A DNA stretch of 64,000 nucleotides. Origin: Acidilobaceae archaeon (GTDB lineage Archaea > Thermoproteota > Thermoprotei_A > Sulfolobales > Acidilobaceae). Position numbers and translations under genes: made by a program. The stretch is taken from assembly GCA_026413755.1 (NCBI GenBank), contig JAOAKH010000007.1:1403-65402 (forward strand), read 5' to 3'. The notes under the pieces are model-generated. The model saw only the letters and a program-made list of their open reading frames with translations, made no database searches and was not told where the DNA came from. Positions 42,130 to 51,890 of this stretch are shown in pieces. How positions within the stretch are numbered: position 1 is the first letter of the stretch; the number at the start of each line of letters is the position of its first letter.

Positions 42130-44211
42130 TTGGATAGAGGGAAAGTCTTAGCAGCGCTAGGTATAGTGTTTGCGCTTTACGAGCTCGTCTACGTGCTCCA
42201 ACTGCACTACTTCCTTTACAACATATTTAGGCAAGGAGGGCTCCTCCTGGAGTTCCTCACCTGGTCGCTTCAGCCTCTCCAGTCCATGGCCCTCCTGCTA
42301 GCGCTCATAGTAGTCATTGTGGTAGTGGCGAGGCCCTCCAAGTTTGCCGGAAGGTTATCTCTAGCGTACGATCTGGCCATAATCGTCATGGGAGTGGTGG
42401 GCATCAGTTACCTGGCAGTTATATTCCCCGAGATAGCTCGCTATGGCTACTTAACCATAACCTTCGAGAGGGTATTCATACCTCTCCTTGGCCTCATAGC
42501 GCTCGTGGACGTAGCCCGCAGGACGGTGGGCATCGTGCTGCCGCTCATAGCGCTCGGGGCGCTCCTCTTCGCCCTTTACCAGGAGGACTTCAACCTTAGG
42601 CTGGTGGTGAACCACTTCTACTACTCTGGCGAAGGGATCTTCAGCACGCCCCTCAGAGTGATGGTAACCTACGTCTTTGCCTTCATACTCTTCGGCTCCT
42701 TCATGATCCACATGGGCGTCGGGAAGTTCATCACCGAGTTCCTCCTGGCGCTCTTCGGCCCGCGAGTGAAAGGGGTGGCAAAGCTAGCCGTGGTAAGCAG
42801 CATGTTTGCAGGCACCGTTACGGGCAGCAGCGTGGCAAACGTCATGGTTACGGGGACTTACACTATACCCTTAAGCAAGAGGGCCGGCTACCCGCCACAT
42901 GTGGCTGGAGCCGTGGAGGCCTCTGCCTCTACCGGAGGCCAGATAATGCCTCCTATACTCGGCGCAGCAGCTTTCGTGATGGCAGAGTTCCTCGGGAGGC
43001 CTTACCGGGACATCGTGATTGCTGCCTTTATACCGGCGCTCCTCTACTTCTTCTCCGTGTACTCATTCATCGACAGGATAAGCGCTAAGCTGGGCCTCAC
43101 GCAGGTAAGGAGAGAGGACCTGCCGCCCCTGGGACCGATGGCAGGGAGGATCTACCTACTTGCCCCCATGCTCATAGTCGCCCTCCTCCTGCTGCTGGGC
43201 GTGGAGCCCCAGTACGCCGCCGTGGGATCCCTCGGCTTCCTGATACTGCTAGTCCTCCTCGACGCGCCCGCCCTTGCCGGGAACCTAAGGGGCCTCGTAG
43301 TGTTAGTTACCGTAGCTCTCTTCATTGTAGCCAGCTGGGCGCAGTTCGGCGTGGGAGCTACCCTCTTCTTCGTGGGGGTAGCGCTGCTACTGTTTTTCCT
43401 CCTCCTCGCGCTCCTCATGCGCGGCGACGTGCTCAACAGCGTCATCGCTGCGTTCAAGGACGCCGCAGAGTCCACAGCCACTGTGTTCGTGGCTGCAGCG
43501 CTTGCTGGCATTATCCAAGGGTCGCTGACGCTTACAGGCCTTGCTGCAACCATTGGTTTCCAGATCCTGGACTTAGCAGGAGGGAACTTGTTCCTGACTG
43601 CACTGCTCGTCATGCTCCTGAGCCTTGTGCTGGGCATGGGAGTGCCTACGACTGCCAACTACATCATTACCTCTACCGTGGGAGCGCCTGCCCTCGCGCT
43701 GGCGATCCAGTCGGCCACCGGCATATCCATAGAGTCCGCAAGGCTCGTCGCCCACTTCTTCGTCTTCTACTTCGGCATACTCGCTGACGTGACCCCTCCC
43801 GTGGCCTTGGCCTCCTATGCCGCTGCAGCGCTCGCAAAAGCGGACTTCTGGAGGACTGCCATTACTGCCACCAAGCTATCGCTTGCAGGCTACCTCATAC
43901 CCTACCTGCTCCTCCTTAACCCCAACCTGCTCATCCTCACCATGCAGCCCAGCTGGGAGAGCGCAATAGCCTTTACGCTTGGCATTGCAAGCGGCATAGC
44001 GACCATCATAACGCTGAGTGCGGGCATAGAGGGCTGGCTGGGAGGGAAGCTTATGCGGGAAGAGAGGTTGATCTTGATAGCTTTCGGCCTCCTGAACCTG
44101 GTCCAGCGGCCCCTGGAGATCTCCTTCCTAATAGTAATGCTTACCTTTGCAACATATGTGATGCTCTACGACTGGAGCGCTAGGAGGAGCGCTGCTGAGA
44201 GGACTTCCTAA
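42130..44211 (+). CDS. TRAP transporter fused (DctQ-DctM-like) permease, TAXI type
   Basis: About 690 aa with >15 TM. Gene order is TAXI receptor, DUF1850, permease. Confidence 0.85.
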   Translation: MDRGKVLAALGIVFALYELVYVLQLHYFLYNIFRQGGLLLEFLTWSLQPLQSMALLLALIVVIVVVARPSKFAGRLSLAYDLAIIVMGVVGISYLAVIFPEIARYGYLTITFERVFIPLLGLIALVDVARRTVGIVLPLIALGALLFALYQEDFNLRLVVNHFYYSGEGIFSTPLRVMVTYVFAFILFGSFMIHMGVGKFITEFLLALFGPRVKGVAKLAVVSSMFAGTVTGSSVANVMVTGTYTIPLSKRAGYPPHVAGAVEASASTGGQIMPPILGAAAFVMAEFLGRPYRDIVIAAFIPALLYFFSVYSFIDRISAKLGLTQVRREDLPPLGPMAGRIYLLAPMLIVALLLLLGVEPQYAAVGSLGFLILLVLLDAPALAGNLRGLVVLVTVALFIVASWAQFGVGATLFFVGVALLLFFLLLALLMRGDVLNSVIAAFKDAAESTATVFVAAALAGIIQGSLTLTGLAATIGFQILDLAGGNLFLTALLVMLLSLVLGMGVPTTANYIITSTVGAPALALAIQSATGISIESARLVAHFFVFYFGILADVTPPVALASYAAAALAKADFWRTAITATKLSLAGYLIPYLLLLNPNLLILTMQPSWESAIAFTLGIASGIATIITLSAGIEGWLGGKLMREERLILIAFGLLNLVQRPLEISFLIVMLTFATYVMLYDWSARRSAAERTS

Positions 44212-45256
44212 GGGGCTCCAGGACCTCCCTCCCGCTCTCTGGCCTCGGGAGCATTTTAACCAGATCTCTGAACTCCCTTGAGCGCAGCACGGAGAGGTGG
44301 TGCGCCTCTGCCAGGAGGTCAGGGTAGCCGGAAGTAGATATGTATGAGAGGTGAGCGATTATTTCCTCCATCTTCTTCTCATCCAGCTTAGCAGGAACGG
44401 TTATCTGGTAGAGGGGCCCTCTGGGCTTTAGGCGCGCATATGTTAAGGTGTACTCCCTCGGGGGCCTAGGGCTCCCCTGCTCTTCGCAGAGAGTCTTCTC
44501 CTCCTCTTCCCCCCATAGCTTGAAGATGAGGTCCTTGCCCCACAGGAAGCCTACGGATTTGTCTCTATCTACGCTCTCCACTATCATAAAGTCCGGGGGC
44601 CTCGCCGAGAGGAGCTCAGAGGGCTCTTCCTCGCCTATTTTCCTAGTCCTCACCTTCACAAGGCTCCCGCTTTTCGTTAGCTTTGCCCTCTTGACGCTCT
44701 TCGAGACAAAGACCAACTGAACGTTATTCTCCATCATTTCCCTCCACATATTTACTCTCTCCCCCCAGTACTTGCATGCCCTCTCGTAATAGGGGCGGAG
44801 CTGCTCGTCGGCCTCGCCCGGCGCCGGCAGGCGTGGGACGGCAAAGCCGGGGTAGGAGCCGTCAAATAGGGCGTAGTCGGCAGGCAGCCTATAGGCCAGC
44901 CGCACCTCTAGCGTTTTAAAGGAGTTAGAAACGAGCCCCTCCCACACCTCCCTTTGCCCCCTGTAGCCGCTGAGTATGAGATAGTCTGCCTCTGCGTCCT
45001 CCAGAACGTCCTTCCCTCTCTCGTTCTTCCTAATTGCTATGCCCTGCGCAGCGTAGATGAGGGCGTACCTCAGCGGCTCCTCGTGCCTGCTGCTATCGCT
45101 CGCAGTAAAGGAAGCTCCTCCCCTTGGCTCCACCTTGATCCACTCAAGCCCCTCTACTTCTACCTCCACCGCCAGGTCTCTCTCTAGCTTCTTCCTCATT
45201 TCCATGAGCTTCCTCATGAGAGAATCTAGAACGGGCACCCTTCTCTCCCCTTTCAA
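44180..45256 (-). CDS. NurA-domain nuclease-like protein (orphan)
   Basis: The order of motifs resembles the NurA 5'-3' nuclease: FTASDSS (first Asp), ALFDGSYPG, LVFVSKSVKRAKL and the C-terminal SGYPDLLAEAHHLSVL. No HerA, Mre11 or Rad50 gene is adjacent. Confidence 0.55.
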   Translation of the reverse strand: MKGERRVPVLDSLMRKLMEMRKKLERDLAVEVEVEGLEWIKVEPRGGASFTASDSSRHEEPLRYALIYAAQGIAIRKNERGKDVLEDAEADYLILSGYRGQREVWEGLVSNSFKTLEVRLAYRLPADYALFDGSYPGFAVPRLPAPGEADEQLRPYYERACKYWGERVNMWREMMENNVQLVFVSKSVKRAKLTKSGSLVKVRTRKIGEEEPSELLSARPPDFMIVESVDRDKSVGFLWGKDLIFKLWGEEEEKTLCEEQGSPRPPREYTLTYARLKPRGPLYQITVPAKLDEKKMEEIIAHLSYISTSGYPDLLAEAHHLSVLRSREFRDLVKMLPRPESGREVLEPLRKSSQQRSS

Positions 45257-45352
45257 CGAGACGTACTCTGGCTTATATATAGTCGTTACTTATGGCAATA
45301 TAGACTTTAAGCTTTTTTCAGTGCTCGTAGAAAAGAGCAAGAGAGGTGGGTA

Positions 45353-45565
45353 ATGATGGGCGAGAGGCTTATAGAAGAGGAAGCGGAGGAGCTCCAGAGG
45401 AAAATGAGTCCTTACCAGCACATAGTTGAGCTGAAAGAGGTGGTGGGCTTACTCCTAGAGTTGGCGGCGGAGGACTCTTATCGAGGCGATCTGGAGGGCG
45501 CCGTTAGAAAGCTACGAGCTGCAGAAATGGCCATAGCAGAGGTAAGAGAGATGCTCAAAGGCTAG
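45353..45565 (+). CDS. small acidic helical protein, function unknown
   Basis: ATGATG start after GAGAGGTGGGTA. 70 aa. No family recognised. Confidence 0.35.
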   Translation: MMGERLIEEEAEELQRKMSPYQHIVELKEVVGLLLELAAEDSYRGDLEGAVRKLRAAEMAIAEVREMLKG

Positions 45566-46494
45566 GCTTCGAAGACTACGGGGTTGCGCAACACACCTAC
45601 CTTCTCCACGTAGGCCTCCATGACGTCGCCGTGCCTGAGGAACTTCCCCGTAGCTGCCCCCACTCCGCTAGGAGTGCCCGTGCAGATGACGTCGCCGGGC
45701 TTCAGCGTTATGCCGTCAGAGGCCTCAGCTATGAGCTCGTGGATCTTGAATATCATGTCTGAAGTGCGGCCCTCTTGCCTCATTTCCTCGTTAACCTTTA
45801 GCCCCAGCCTCAAGTTGTGGGGGTCCTCCACCTCGTCCTTAGTAACGATATATGGGCCAAGAGGGCCTCCTGCGTCGAAGCTCTTCGCGTGAACCCACCT
45901 TATGCCAAAGCGCTGGAGCTCAGCGCCAGGGAACTGCCTGTCCCTTAGGCTTACGTCGTTGAAGACGGCATAGCCGAAGACGTGCTCGTAAGCCCTCGCC
46001 TCGCTCACATACTTCCCCTCTCTGCCGATGATCACTGCGAGCTCCACCTCGTGATCTGGTTTGGAGGACCCCCTGGGGACGATAACTGGCTCCTCTGGGC
46101 CTATCAGGGCGTTGGGGAGCTTGGGGAAGAAGTATGGCCTAGGCGGGGGCTTCACGTTCATCTCTGCAGCGTGGCTATGATAGTTGACCGCCACGCATAA
46201 CACCTTCTCTGGTCTGAGGGGGAGGTGTAGCCTCACCTCCCCTAGCTTCCTGAGCGCCCTCTTGAGCTCTTCGTGCCCTCTCTCTATTTCCCTCAGCGCC
46301 TCCCTCTGCACCAGCTCCGCTAACCTCAGCCCCCTCTCGCCGGCCTCCACGAGAAGCTGCAGGTCCTCGAAGATGGGAGGGGAGGGCGCCTCGTAGAGGA
46401 CCTCGAAGGAGTCCCGGAGGTCGAGCACTAGCTCTCCCAGCACGACCCCTACTCTCGGCTCCCCCACGCTGGGGGAGAAGAGGGCCAGCTTCAT
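45562..46494 (-). CDS. fumarylacetoacetate hydrolase (FAH) family protein
   Basis: LCVAVNYHSHAAE, HEVELAVIIGREG, GYAVFNDVSLRD and PGDVICTGTPSGVG. Confidence 0.85.
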   Translation of the reverse strand: MKLALFSPSVGEPRVGVVLGELVLDLRDSFEVLYEAPSPPIFEDLQLLVEAGERGLRLAELVQREALREIERGHEELKRALRKLGEVRLHLPLRPEKVLCVAVNYHSHAAEMNVKPPPRPYFFPKLPNALIGPEEPVIVPRGSSKPDHEVELAVIIGREGKYVSEARAYEHVFGYAVFNDVSLRDRQFPGAELQRFGIRWVHAKSFDAGGPLGPYIVTKDEVEDPHNLRLGLKVNEEMRQEGRTSDMIFKIHELIAEASDGITLKPGDVICTGTPSGVGAATGKFLRHGDVMEAYVEKVGVLRNPVVFEA

Positions 46495-46527
46495 GCCGGA
46501 CGCCGCGTAAAGAGGCGAAGAGAGGTA

Positions 46528-47361
46528 TTATGTTATGGGAGGTCTTAGCCTTAGCCTGGCGGAGAGGACTGCGGAGAGCGCGAGCGCCGCTATCACGACC
46601 AAATAGGGCGCAGTGGCGGAGAGGGGGCCTAGGCCGAAGGCCTCTAGGTAGGGCCTCAGGGAGAGAACGAGGCCCACTGAGTAGGAGGCTGCTGCAACCC
46701 CCAGCGGATGCCAGTAGCCTAAGATGACTGAGCCCACCGCCAGCCATCCCCAGCCGCTCGTTATGCCCGCAAAGTACTTGCCGTTGTAGAGCACCAGCGA
46801 CATATATGCTCCTGCAAGCCCTGCCATGAGGCCCCCGAAGAGCGCCGCGCCCATCCTCAGGGCCTCCACCCTAGCTCCCCTTTCCCTGGCAGCCGCTTCG
46901 TCGTGGCCCACGGCCCTTAGCTCCACGCCGAGCCAGGTGAAGCGCAGGAACGCCCAGAGGACGAGGGGGAGGAGGAGGGTTAAGAGCAAGAGGACGTCAT
47001 GCAGGGCAGAGCCGACGATTATGGCGGGAGAGAGGGGGACTGTGAGGGAAGCCGTGAGGTCGGCAAGTCCCCACGCGAGGAAGGCCAGCGAGAGGCCTGC
47101 AACGATCTGGTCTGCGCGAAGGTACACGACGGGGAGGGCGTAGAAGAGGGCCGCGAGGAGCCCAGCGAACGCTCCAGCAAGGAGGCCGAGGAGCGGAGAG
47201 CCTATGGAGGCAGCAGCTACTGCAACGCTGGCGCCGAGCGCCATCATGCCGTCCACCCCCAAGTTAACCCTCCCAGACCTCTCTAGCAGCAGCTCCCCGT
47301 ATGCGGCAAGCATTATTGGAGCAGCGCCAACTAGTGCGGAGAGCGCTACCTCTACCGCCAC
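46528..47361 (-). CDS. ABC transporter permease (BMP/nucleoside-type, YufQ/NupQ-like)
   Basis: Polytopic membrane protein in an operon with the BMP binding protein and the double-NBD ATPase. Confidence 0.8.
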   Translation of the reverse strand: MAVEVALSALVGAAPIMLAAYGELLLERSGRVNLGVDGMMALGASVAVAAASIGSPLLGLLAGAFAGLLAALFYALPVVYLRADQIVAGLSLAFLAWGLADLTASLTVPLSPAIIVGSALHDVLLLLTLLLPLVLWAFLRFTWLGVELRAVGHDEAAARERGARVEALRMGAALFGGLMAGLAGAYMSLVLYNGKYFAGITSGWGWLAVGSVILGYWHPLGVAAASYSVGLVLSLRPYLEAFGLGPLSATAPYLVVIAALALSAVLSARLRLRPPIT

Positions 47362-48326
47362 CTCTGCTCCCTCGCGACTGCAACGAGGGTGGAGAGCACT
47401 ATGAGGGCCTGGGCGGCGAGCGCGTAGCTAAGCGGTACTCCAGCCGCCTGGAGGGATCTGCCGAGGACTATGAGGGAGGAGAAGAACAGGGAGGCAAGGA
47501 AGGAGCCAAGGGGGCTGTTGCCAGAGAGCCAAGCCACGAGCGCGCCCGCGTAGCCGTAGCCGGGCGGAAAGCTCATAGGGGTTAGGGAGTGCTGGAAGCT
47601 AAGCATGGCCAGCGCGCCCCCTAGGCCCGCCAGGGAGCCGGAGAGGAGAGAAACAGAGAGCATTATGCGCTTTGGGTCGTAGCCGTAGGTCTCCGCAGCC
47701 CTAGGCGCTCTGCCGTAGACCTCTATGGCGAGCCCCACCGCAGTCCTCCGAAGGAGCAGCCAGGCCCCTGCGGCAGAGAGGAGGGAAGCAAGTACTCCCA
47801 GCTGCCAGCCCGTCCTCAGCTCCGGGGGCACGGCTCTCGTGATGACGAAGGGGCCCTCCCTGAGGTACGTTGCTATGAAGTAGTTAGCAAGGTACATAGC
47901 TACGAAGTTGAGCATGAGGCTAGAGAGCACCTCGTTCGCCCCCGCGTAGGCCCTTAACGCGAAGGGGAGGAGGGCGTAAAGGGCGCCCGCGGCTGCCGGG
48001 AGGAGGGCTAGGGCGAGGTACGCGGCGGGGCCGTCGAGGCCAGAGTAGGCTGCAACCCAGAGGGCTACGAGGGAGCCCAGTATTATCTGCCCCTCCGCCC
48101 CTATGGTTATGAACTTGGCCCTATACGCCAGCGACAGCCCTACGGCAGCCATCGCTATCGGCACTGAGAAGAGGGCAACGTTTGCAAGAGGGGCAGGGCT
48201 GGTGTAGACCCAGATAACGCTGCGCAAAATAGCGATCGGATCTCCCGTCGCTATGGAGGCGAGGAGAACGGCAAGCGCGAAGCCCAGCAGGGCCCCTCCC
48301 AGGATCCTCCAGCCCCTCTGCTCCAA
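47352..48326 (-). CDS. ABC transporter permease (BMP/nucleoside-type, YufP/NupP-like)
   Basis: Polytopic membrane protein. Overlaps the downstream permease by 10 nt. Confidence 0.8.
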   Translation of the reverse strand: MEQRGWRILGGALLGFALAVLLASIATGDPIAILRSVIWVYTSPAPLANVALFSVPIAMAAVGLSLAYRAKFITIGAEGQIILGSLVALWVAAYSGLDGPAAYLALALLPAAAGALYALLPFALRAYAGANEVLSSLMLNFVAMYLANYFIATYLREGPFVITRAVPPELRTGWQLGVLASLLSAAGAWLLLRRTAVGLAIEVYGRAPRAAETYGYDPKRIMLSVSLLSGSLAGLGGALAMLSFQHSLTPMSFPPGYGYAGALVAWLSGNSPLGSFLASLFFSSLIVLGRSLQAAGVPLSYALAAQALIVLSTLVAVAREQRWR

Positions 48327-48330
48327 CTCA

Positions 48331-49779
48331 TTAGCTCACCATATCTCTTGCTATCCTCTCCACGTCGAAAGGCCTCGAGTGCTCCCCTACTATGGCCCCT
48401 CTGCTCATAACGTATATCCTGTCTGCTAGCTCCAGCAGCTCATCTAGGTCCTCGGATATGAGCAGCGCTCCCCCCTTCTCTGAGAGCCTGACTATCATTT
48501 CCCTCACCGCGCGCGTGGTTGCGTAGTCTAACCCCGCCGTGGGATTCATGGCCACTATGACCTTTGGGTCCCTATATAGCTCTCTTGCCAGGATAAGCCT
48601 TTGCATGTTGCCGCCGCTTAAGGACTCTACCCTTGAGTCGGGGGAGCCGGCTATGGGGACGATGGAGAGCGCCCTCTGGGCCACCTCCTTCACCTCCCCC
48701 CAGTCTATGATGAACCGCTTGCTGTCCAGCGCGAAGTAAACGTTAGTGGCTACGTCAAGGCCAGGCACTAGCGCCCAGCCAAGCCTATCCTCGGGGACAA
48801 GCGAGAGGCCGAGCTTTATGCGCTCCCCCGGGCTCAGCCTTGTTATGTCCCTTCCCGCTAGAAAGATCCTGCCGCCCTCCGCCGCCCTAATGCCTGTTAT
48901 GACCTCGAACAGCTCCCTCTGGCCGTTGCCGGCAACGCCAGCTACCCCCACTACCTCTCCCATGCGCACTTTGAGGCTCACTGACCTTACCCTAAAGGAC
49001 TTCACGTCCCTTAGCTCCAGCAGCACCTCCCCTCTAGCGCCCTCCCTCCTCTCTCCCGTAGGCGCCTGCACCTCCCCGAACATTAGCTCCAGGATCTTCC
49101 GCGGATCTGCCTCCTCCCTTCTGAGGCCTCCCACTACCTTGCCCCTCCTCATGACCACGACGCGGTCTGCGAGCTCCATCACCTCCTTCAGCTTGTGAGA
49201 TATGAACAGCACCCCCCTTCCCTCCCTCTTCATCTCCTTCATTATCTCTCCGAGCGCCCTTGCCTCGAGCGGGCTCATGTGGGTGGTGGGCTCGTCGAAG
49301 ATAACGAAGCGGGAGCCGAGGAGGAGGGGCTTTATGGCCTCTACCCTCTGCCTCTCCCCTGCAGAGAGCTCCTCGCAAAGGGACTCCGGCTCCACCTTTA
49401 GCCCCAGCTTTGACGACAGCCTCCTTATGGCCTCCCTTAGCTCCCCCCTAGCTGCTCTCTTCCCTGCGAGGGAGAGGGTTAGCCCCACGTCCTCAAGCAC
49501 CGTGAGCCCTTCTATGAGCTGGGGGTGCTGGCTAACGTAATAGATCCCTCTTGCCAACGCCTCCCTGTAGCTCCTGAAGCTCACCTCCTCCCCATCTATG
49601 AGCAGCCTGCCGGAGGTGGGCCGGAGGAGCCCCGCCATCACCTTCGCAAGCGTGGTCTTCCCCGCGCCGTTCTCGCCAAGTAAGGCCAGGATCTCCCCTC
49701 CCCTCAGCTCAAGGCTTACCTCCTCGTTAGCCCTAGTGCCCGTAGGGTAAACAACGGTGATGCGGTCGGCAAAAAACAT
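48331..49779 (-). CDS. ABC transporter ATP-binding protein with two fused NBDs
   Basis: First NBD: GENGAGKTT, LSAGERQRVEA, FVIFDEPT. Second NBD: GVAGNGQ, LSGGNMQRLILAR, VIVAMNPT. Confidence 0.9.
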   Translation of the reverse strand: MFFADRITVVYPTGTRANEEVSLELRGGEILALLGENGAGKTTLAKVMAGLLRPTSGRLLIDGEEVSFRSYREALARGIYYVSQHPQLIEGLTVLEDVGLTLSLAGKRAARGELREAIRRLSSKLGLKVEPESLCEELSAGERQRVEAIKPLLLGSRFVIFDEPTTHMSPLEARALGEIMKEMKREGRGVLFISHKLKEVMELADRVVVMRRGKVVGGLRREEADPRKILELMFGEVQAPTGERREGARGEVLLELRDVKSFRVRSVSLKVRMGEVVGVAGVAGNGQRELFEVITGIRAAEGGRIFLAGRDITRLSPGERIKLGLSLVPEDRLGWALVPGLDVATNVYFALDSKRFIIDWGEVKEVAQRALSIVPIAGSPDSRVESLSGGNMQRLILARELYRDPKVIVAMNPTAGLDYATTRAVREMIVRLSEKGGALLISEDLDELLELADRIYVMSRGAIVGEHSRPFDVERIARDMVS

Positions 49780-49791
49780 GTAGGGGGCACC

Positions 49792-51075
49792 TTAGGCGGG
49801 AGAAATGATCTTCTCGTGGAACCAGTCCATGTACCAGAGCTCGTCCCTGCCCAGCCTCACGCCGCTGTCTACCTTTAGCCTCACGCTCTCCTGAGGCCTC
49901 CCCTCGCCGTCTATCTTGTAGCCGCGTATGGGGCCTACGAAGGGCTCGAAGAGGAGCTCCTTCATGAGCTCGTAGAGCCTCACTATCTCAGCCCTAGCCT
50001 TTGCGGGTATTTGATCGCTTATGGGGGCTAGGTAAGCTGCTCCCTCCGGCTTACCGGCAAGAGATTGCGCCTCTGGCTTCCTCCACCTTATCGGCGCGTA
50101 GTCCCCCACCCTAGCCCATATGTCCTCCTTCACGTAAGCGCCGGCGTAGAGCTTGAGGAGGAGGTCCCTGTATATAGGCGTCCAGTCTGCCACCTGGCCT
50201 GTGAGGTGGGACCTGAGCGTCCTGCCCTTGCGCTGGTAGTAGCTGAACATGTCGTTGTAGTGGCTGAAGCTGAAGACCTTCCTCCCCCTCTCGTAGTACT
50301 CCTCTGCTTTGTCAAGAACTGCAGTGGTGTCCTCTGTGAAGGCAACTACGTCCACGTTATACCTCTCCACGAGGTATGCAGTGAACTCCTTCGCCTTATC
50401 TGGCGCAAACCAGCTCAGCAAAGGCCTTGTGGAGTATATCTCTACTCTCTCCCCGCCGCCGCACTTGCCCATTAGCTTTGCGCCGTGGACTGCGCCGAGC
50501 GCAAAGGCGTTTATGTGCCTCACGACCTCAGGTATGAGGAAGGCAGGCACGTAGCCTATCTTGCAGCTCTCGGTAACGGCGCCTGCAGCTATGCCGTTAA
50601 GGTAGTAGAGCTGGTAGAACTCCACGAAGTATGTGGAGACGTTGGGCAGATCTTTGAACTCCTCCCACTCGCCGCTACAATGGTAGAACATGGTCTTCGG
50701 GTACCTCGGCGCGAGCTCCTTCACGGCTGTCTTGAAGCCGTAGCTGGTGGCGAAGACCGCATCGTAGTGCTGCCTCTGCAGCTCTGCCTCTATTATGCTC
50801 TTAGCCTCCTCCTCCTTCACCTTCTCTATGTGTTTAGCCTCCAGCCAGGGGAAGGCTTTGGCCACGTTCTCCTTGGCCTCGTGGTGTGCTGCGGTCCAGC
50901 CGACGTCTGTTATGGGGCCCACGTAGATCCACAGCGCCCTGATCTTCTTCTCGGCGGGCGCGGGCTGCACCTCCCTAGCCCCTAGCGAGTACCCTGCTGC
51001 TAGCCCTACCCCGAGGGCAACAGCGCCTGCTCCTGCGAGCTTCAGGAACTCCCTCCTGTTCACTCTCTTCACCAT
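49792..51075 (-). CDS. BMP-family ABC transporter substrate-binding protein with Tat-like signal
   Basis: Twin-arginine signal VNRREFLKLAGAGAVALGVGLAAG. The VGPITDVGWTAAHHEA region is typical of BMP/PnrA-like purine-nucleoside binding proteins. Confidence 0.8.
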   Translation of the reverse strand: MVKRVNRREFLKLAGAGAVALGVGLAAGYSLGAREVQPAPAEKKIRALWIYVGPITDVGWTAAHHEAKENVAKAFPWLEAKHIEKVKEEEAKSIIEAELQRQHYDAVFATSYGFKTAVKELAPRYPKTMFYHCSGEWEEFKDLPNVSTYFVEFYQLYYLNGIAAGAVTESCKIGYVPAFLIPEVVRHINAFALGAVHGAKLMGKCGGGERVEIYSTRPLLSWFAPDKAKEFTAYLVERYNVDVVAFTEDTTAVLDKAEEYYERGRKVFSFSHYNDMFSYYQRKGRTLRSHLTGQVADWTPIYRDLLLKLYAGAYVKEDIWARVGDYAPIRWRKPEAQSLAGKPEGAAYLAPISDQIPAKARAEIVRLYELMKELLFEPFVGPIRGYKIDGEGRPQESVRLKVDSGVRLGRDELWYMDWFHEKIISPA

Positions 51076-51153
51076 TATAGATTACTCTGAGGAAACTTAT
51101 AGCTCTTTCTGAGGTGAAGAAGCGCGAAATTTTGAATCAAACTAATCAATGAG

Positions 51154-51858
51154 TCATATCTTCACAATGGCCTCCAGCCTCTCCACGCTCACCCTCTTCC
51201 TCCACTCCTCTCCCACGATCACTACCGCCGCCACCCCCACCAGCTTTGAGCCGCTCCTATCTACCAGCTTCCTCATAACGGAGAGCGTGAGGCCTGTCTG
51301 CACTATGTCATCTACTACGAGCACCTTGTCATCCTTCCTGAGGGAGTTGCTAGGAATGTAGAAGATCGCCCTCGTCGATGGGGGCTCCACCGCGTGCTCC
51401 TCTATGTACTCCACGGTGGGGTTCTCCTTGGTCCTTCTGGCTACCACTAGTCCGGCGTCAAAGGCAAGGGAGAGCGCCGTTGCGAGCGTTATGCCGGCGG
51501 CCTCCGGCACCAGTATCTTGCTCACCTCCTCCCCCTTGAACCTCTCATAGAACTCTACGGCAAGCAGCTTGAGGTAGTGGGGGTTGGAGAGGAAGGGAGT
51601 GAGGTCGAGGAGCCCCTCCCGCGACTTCAGGATCTTCTCGAGGTTGAAAGACCTGCGCACCGTCTCTATGATCCTTTGCGCCGTGGCATAGCTAGGCACC
51701 GTGAGCCCGCCTGCGTACCTCGCTATGAGCGTCTGGTCCATGTTCATCTCCTTCGAGAGCTCCTTGTAAGAGTAGGGGGTGACGCGCCTGAGGGCCCTCA
51801 GGGACTCGACGGCTAGCAGCCTGTACTTCAGCTTGTCTGCCCTGGTGAGGCGCCCCAA
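51154..51858 (-). CDS. HTH domain fused to a type I phosphoribosyltransferase domain (PurR/GfcR-like regulator)
   Basis: N-terminal HTH YSYKELSKEMNMDQTLIARYAGG. C-terminal PRPP loop KVLVVDDIVQTGLTL. Confidence 0.7.
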   Translation of the reverse strand: MGRLTRADKLKYRLLAVESLRALRRVTPYSYKELSKEMNMDQTLIARYAGGLTVPSYATAQRIIETVRRSFNLEKILKSREGLLDLTPFLSNPHYLKLLAVEFYERFKGEEVSKILVPEAAGITLATALSLAFDAGLVVARRTKENPTVEYIEEHAVEPPSTRAIFYIPSNSLRKDDKVLVVDDIVQTGLTLSVMRKLVDRSGSKLVGVAAVVIVGEEWRKRVSVERLEAIVKI

Positions 51859-51890
51859 GAGCCCCTCCCAGCAGCGAAGGGTGCCGGAGC

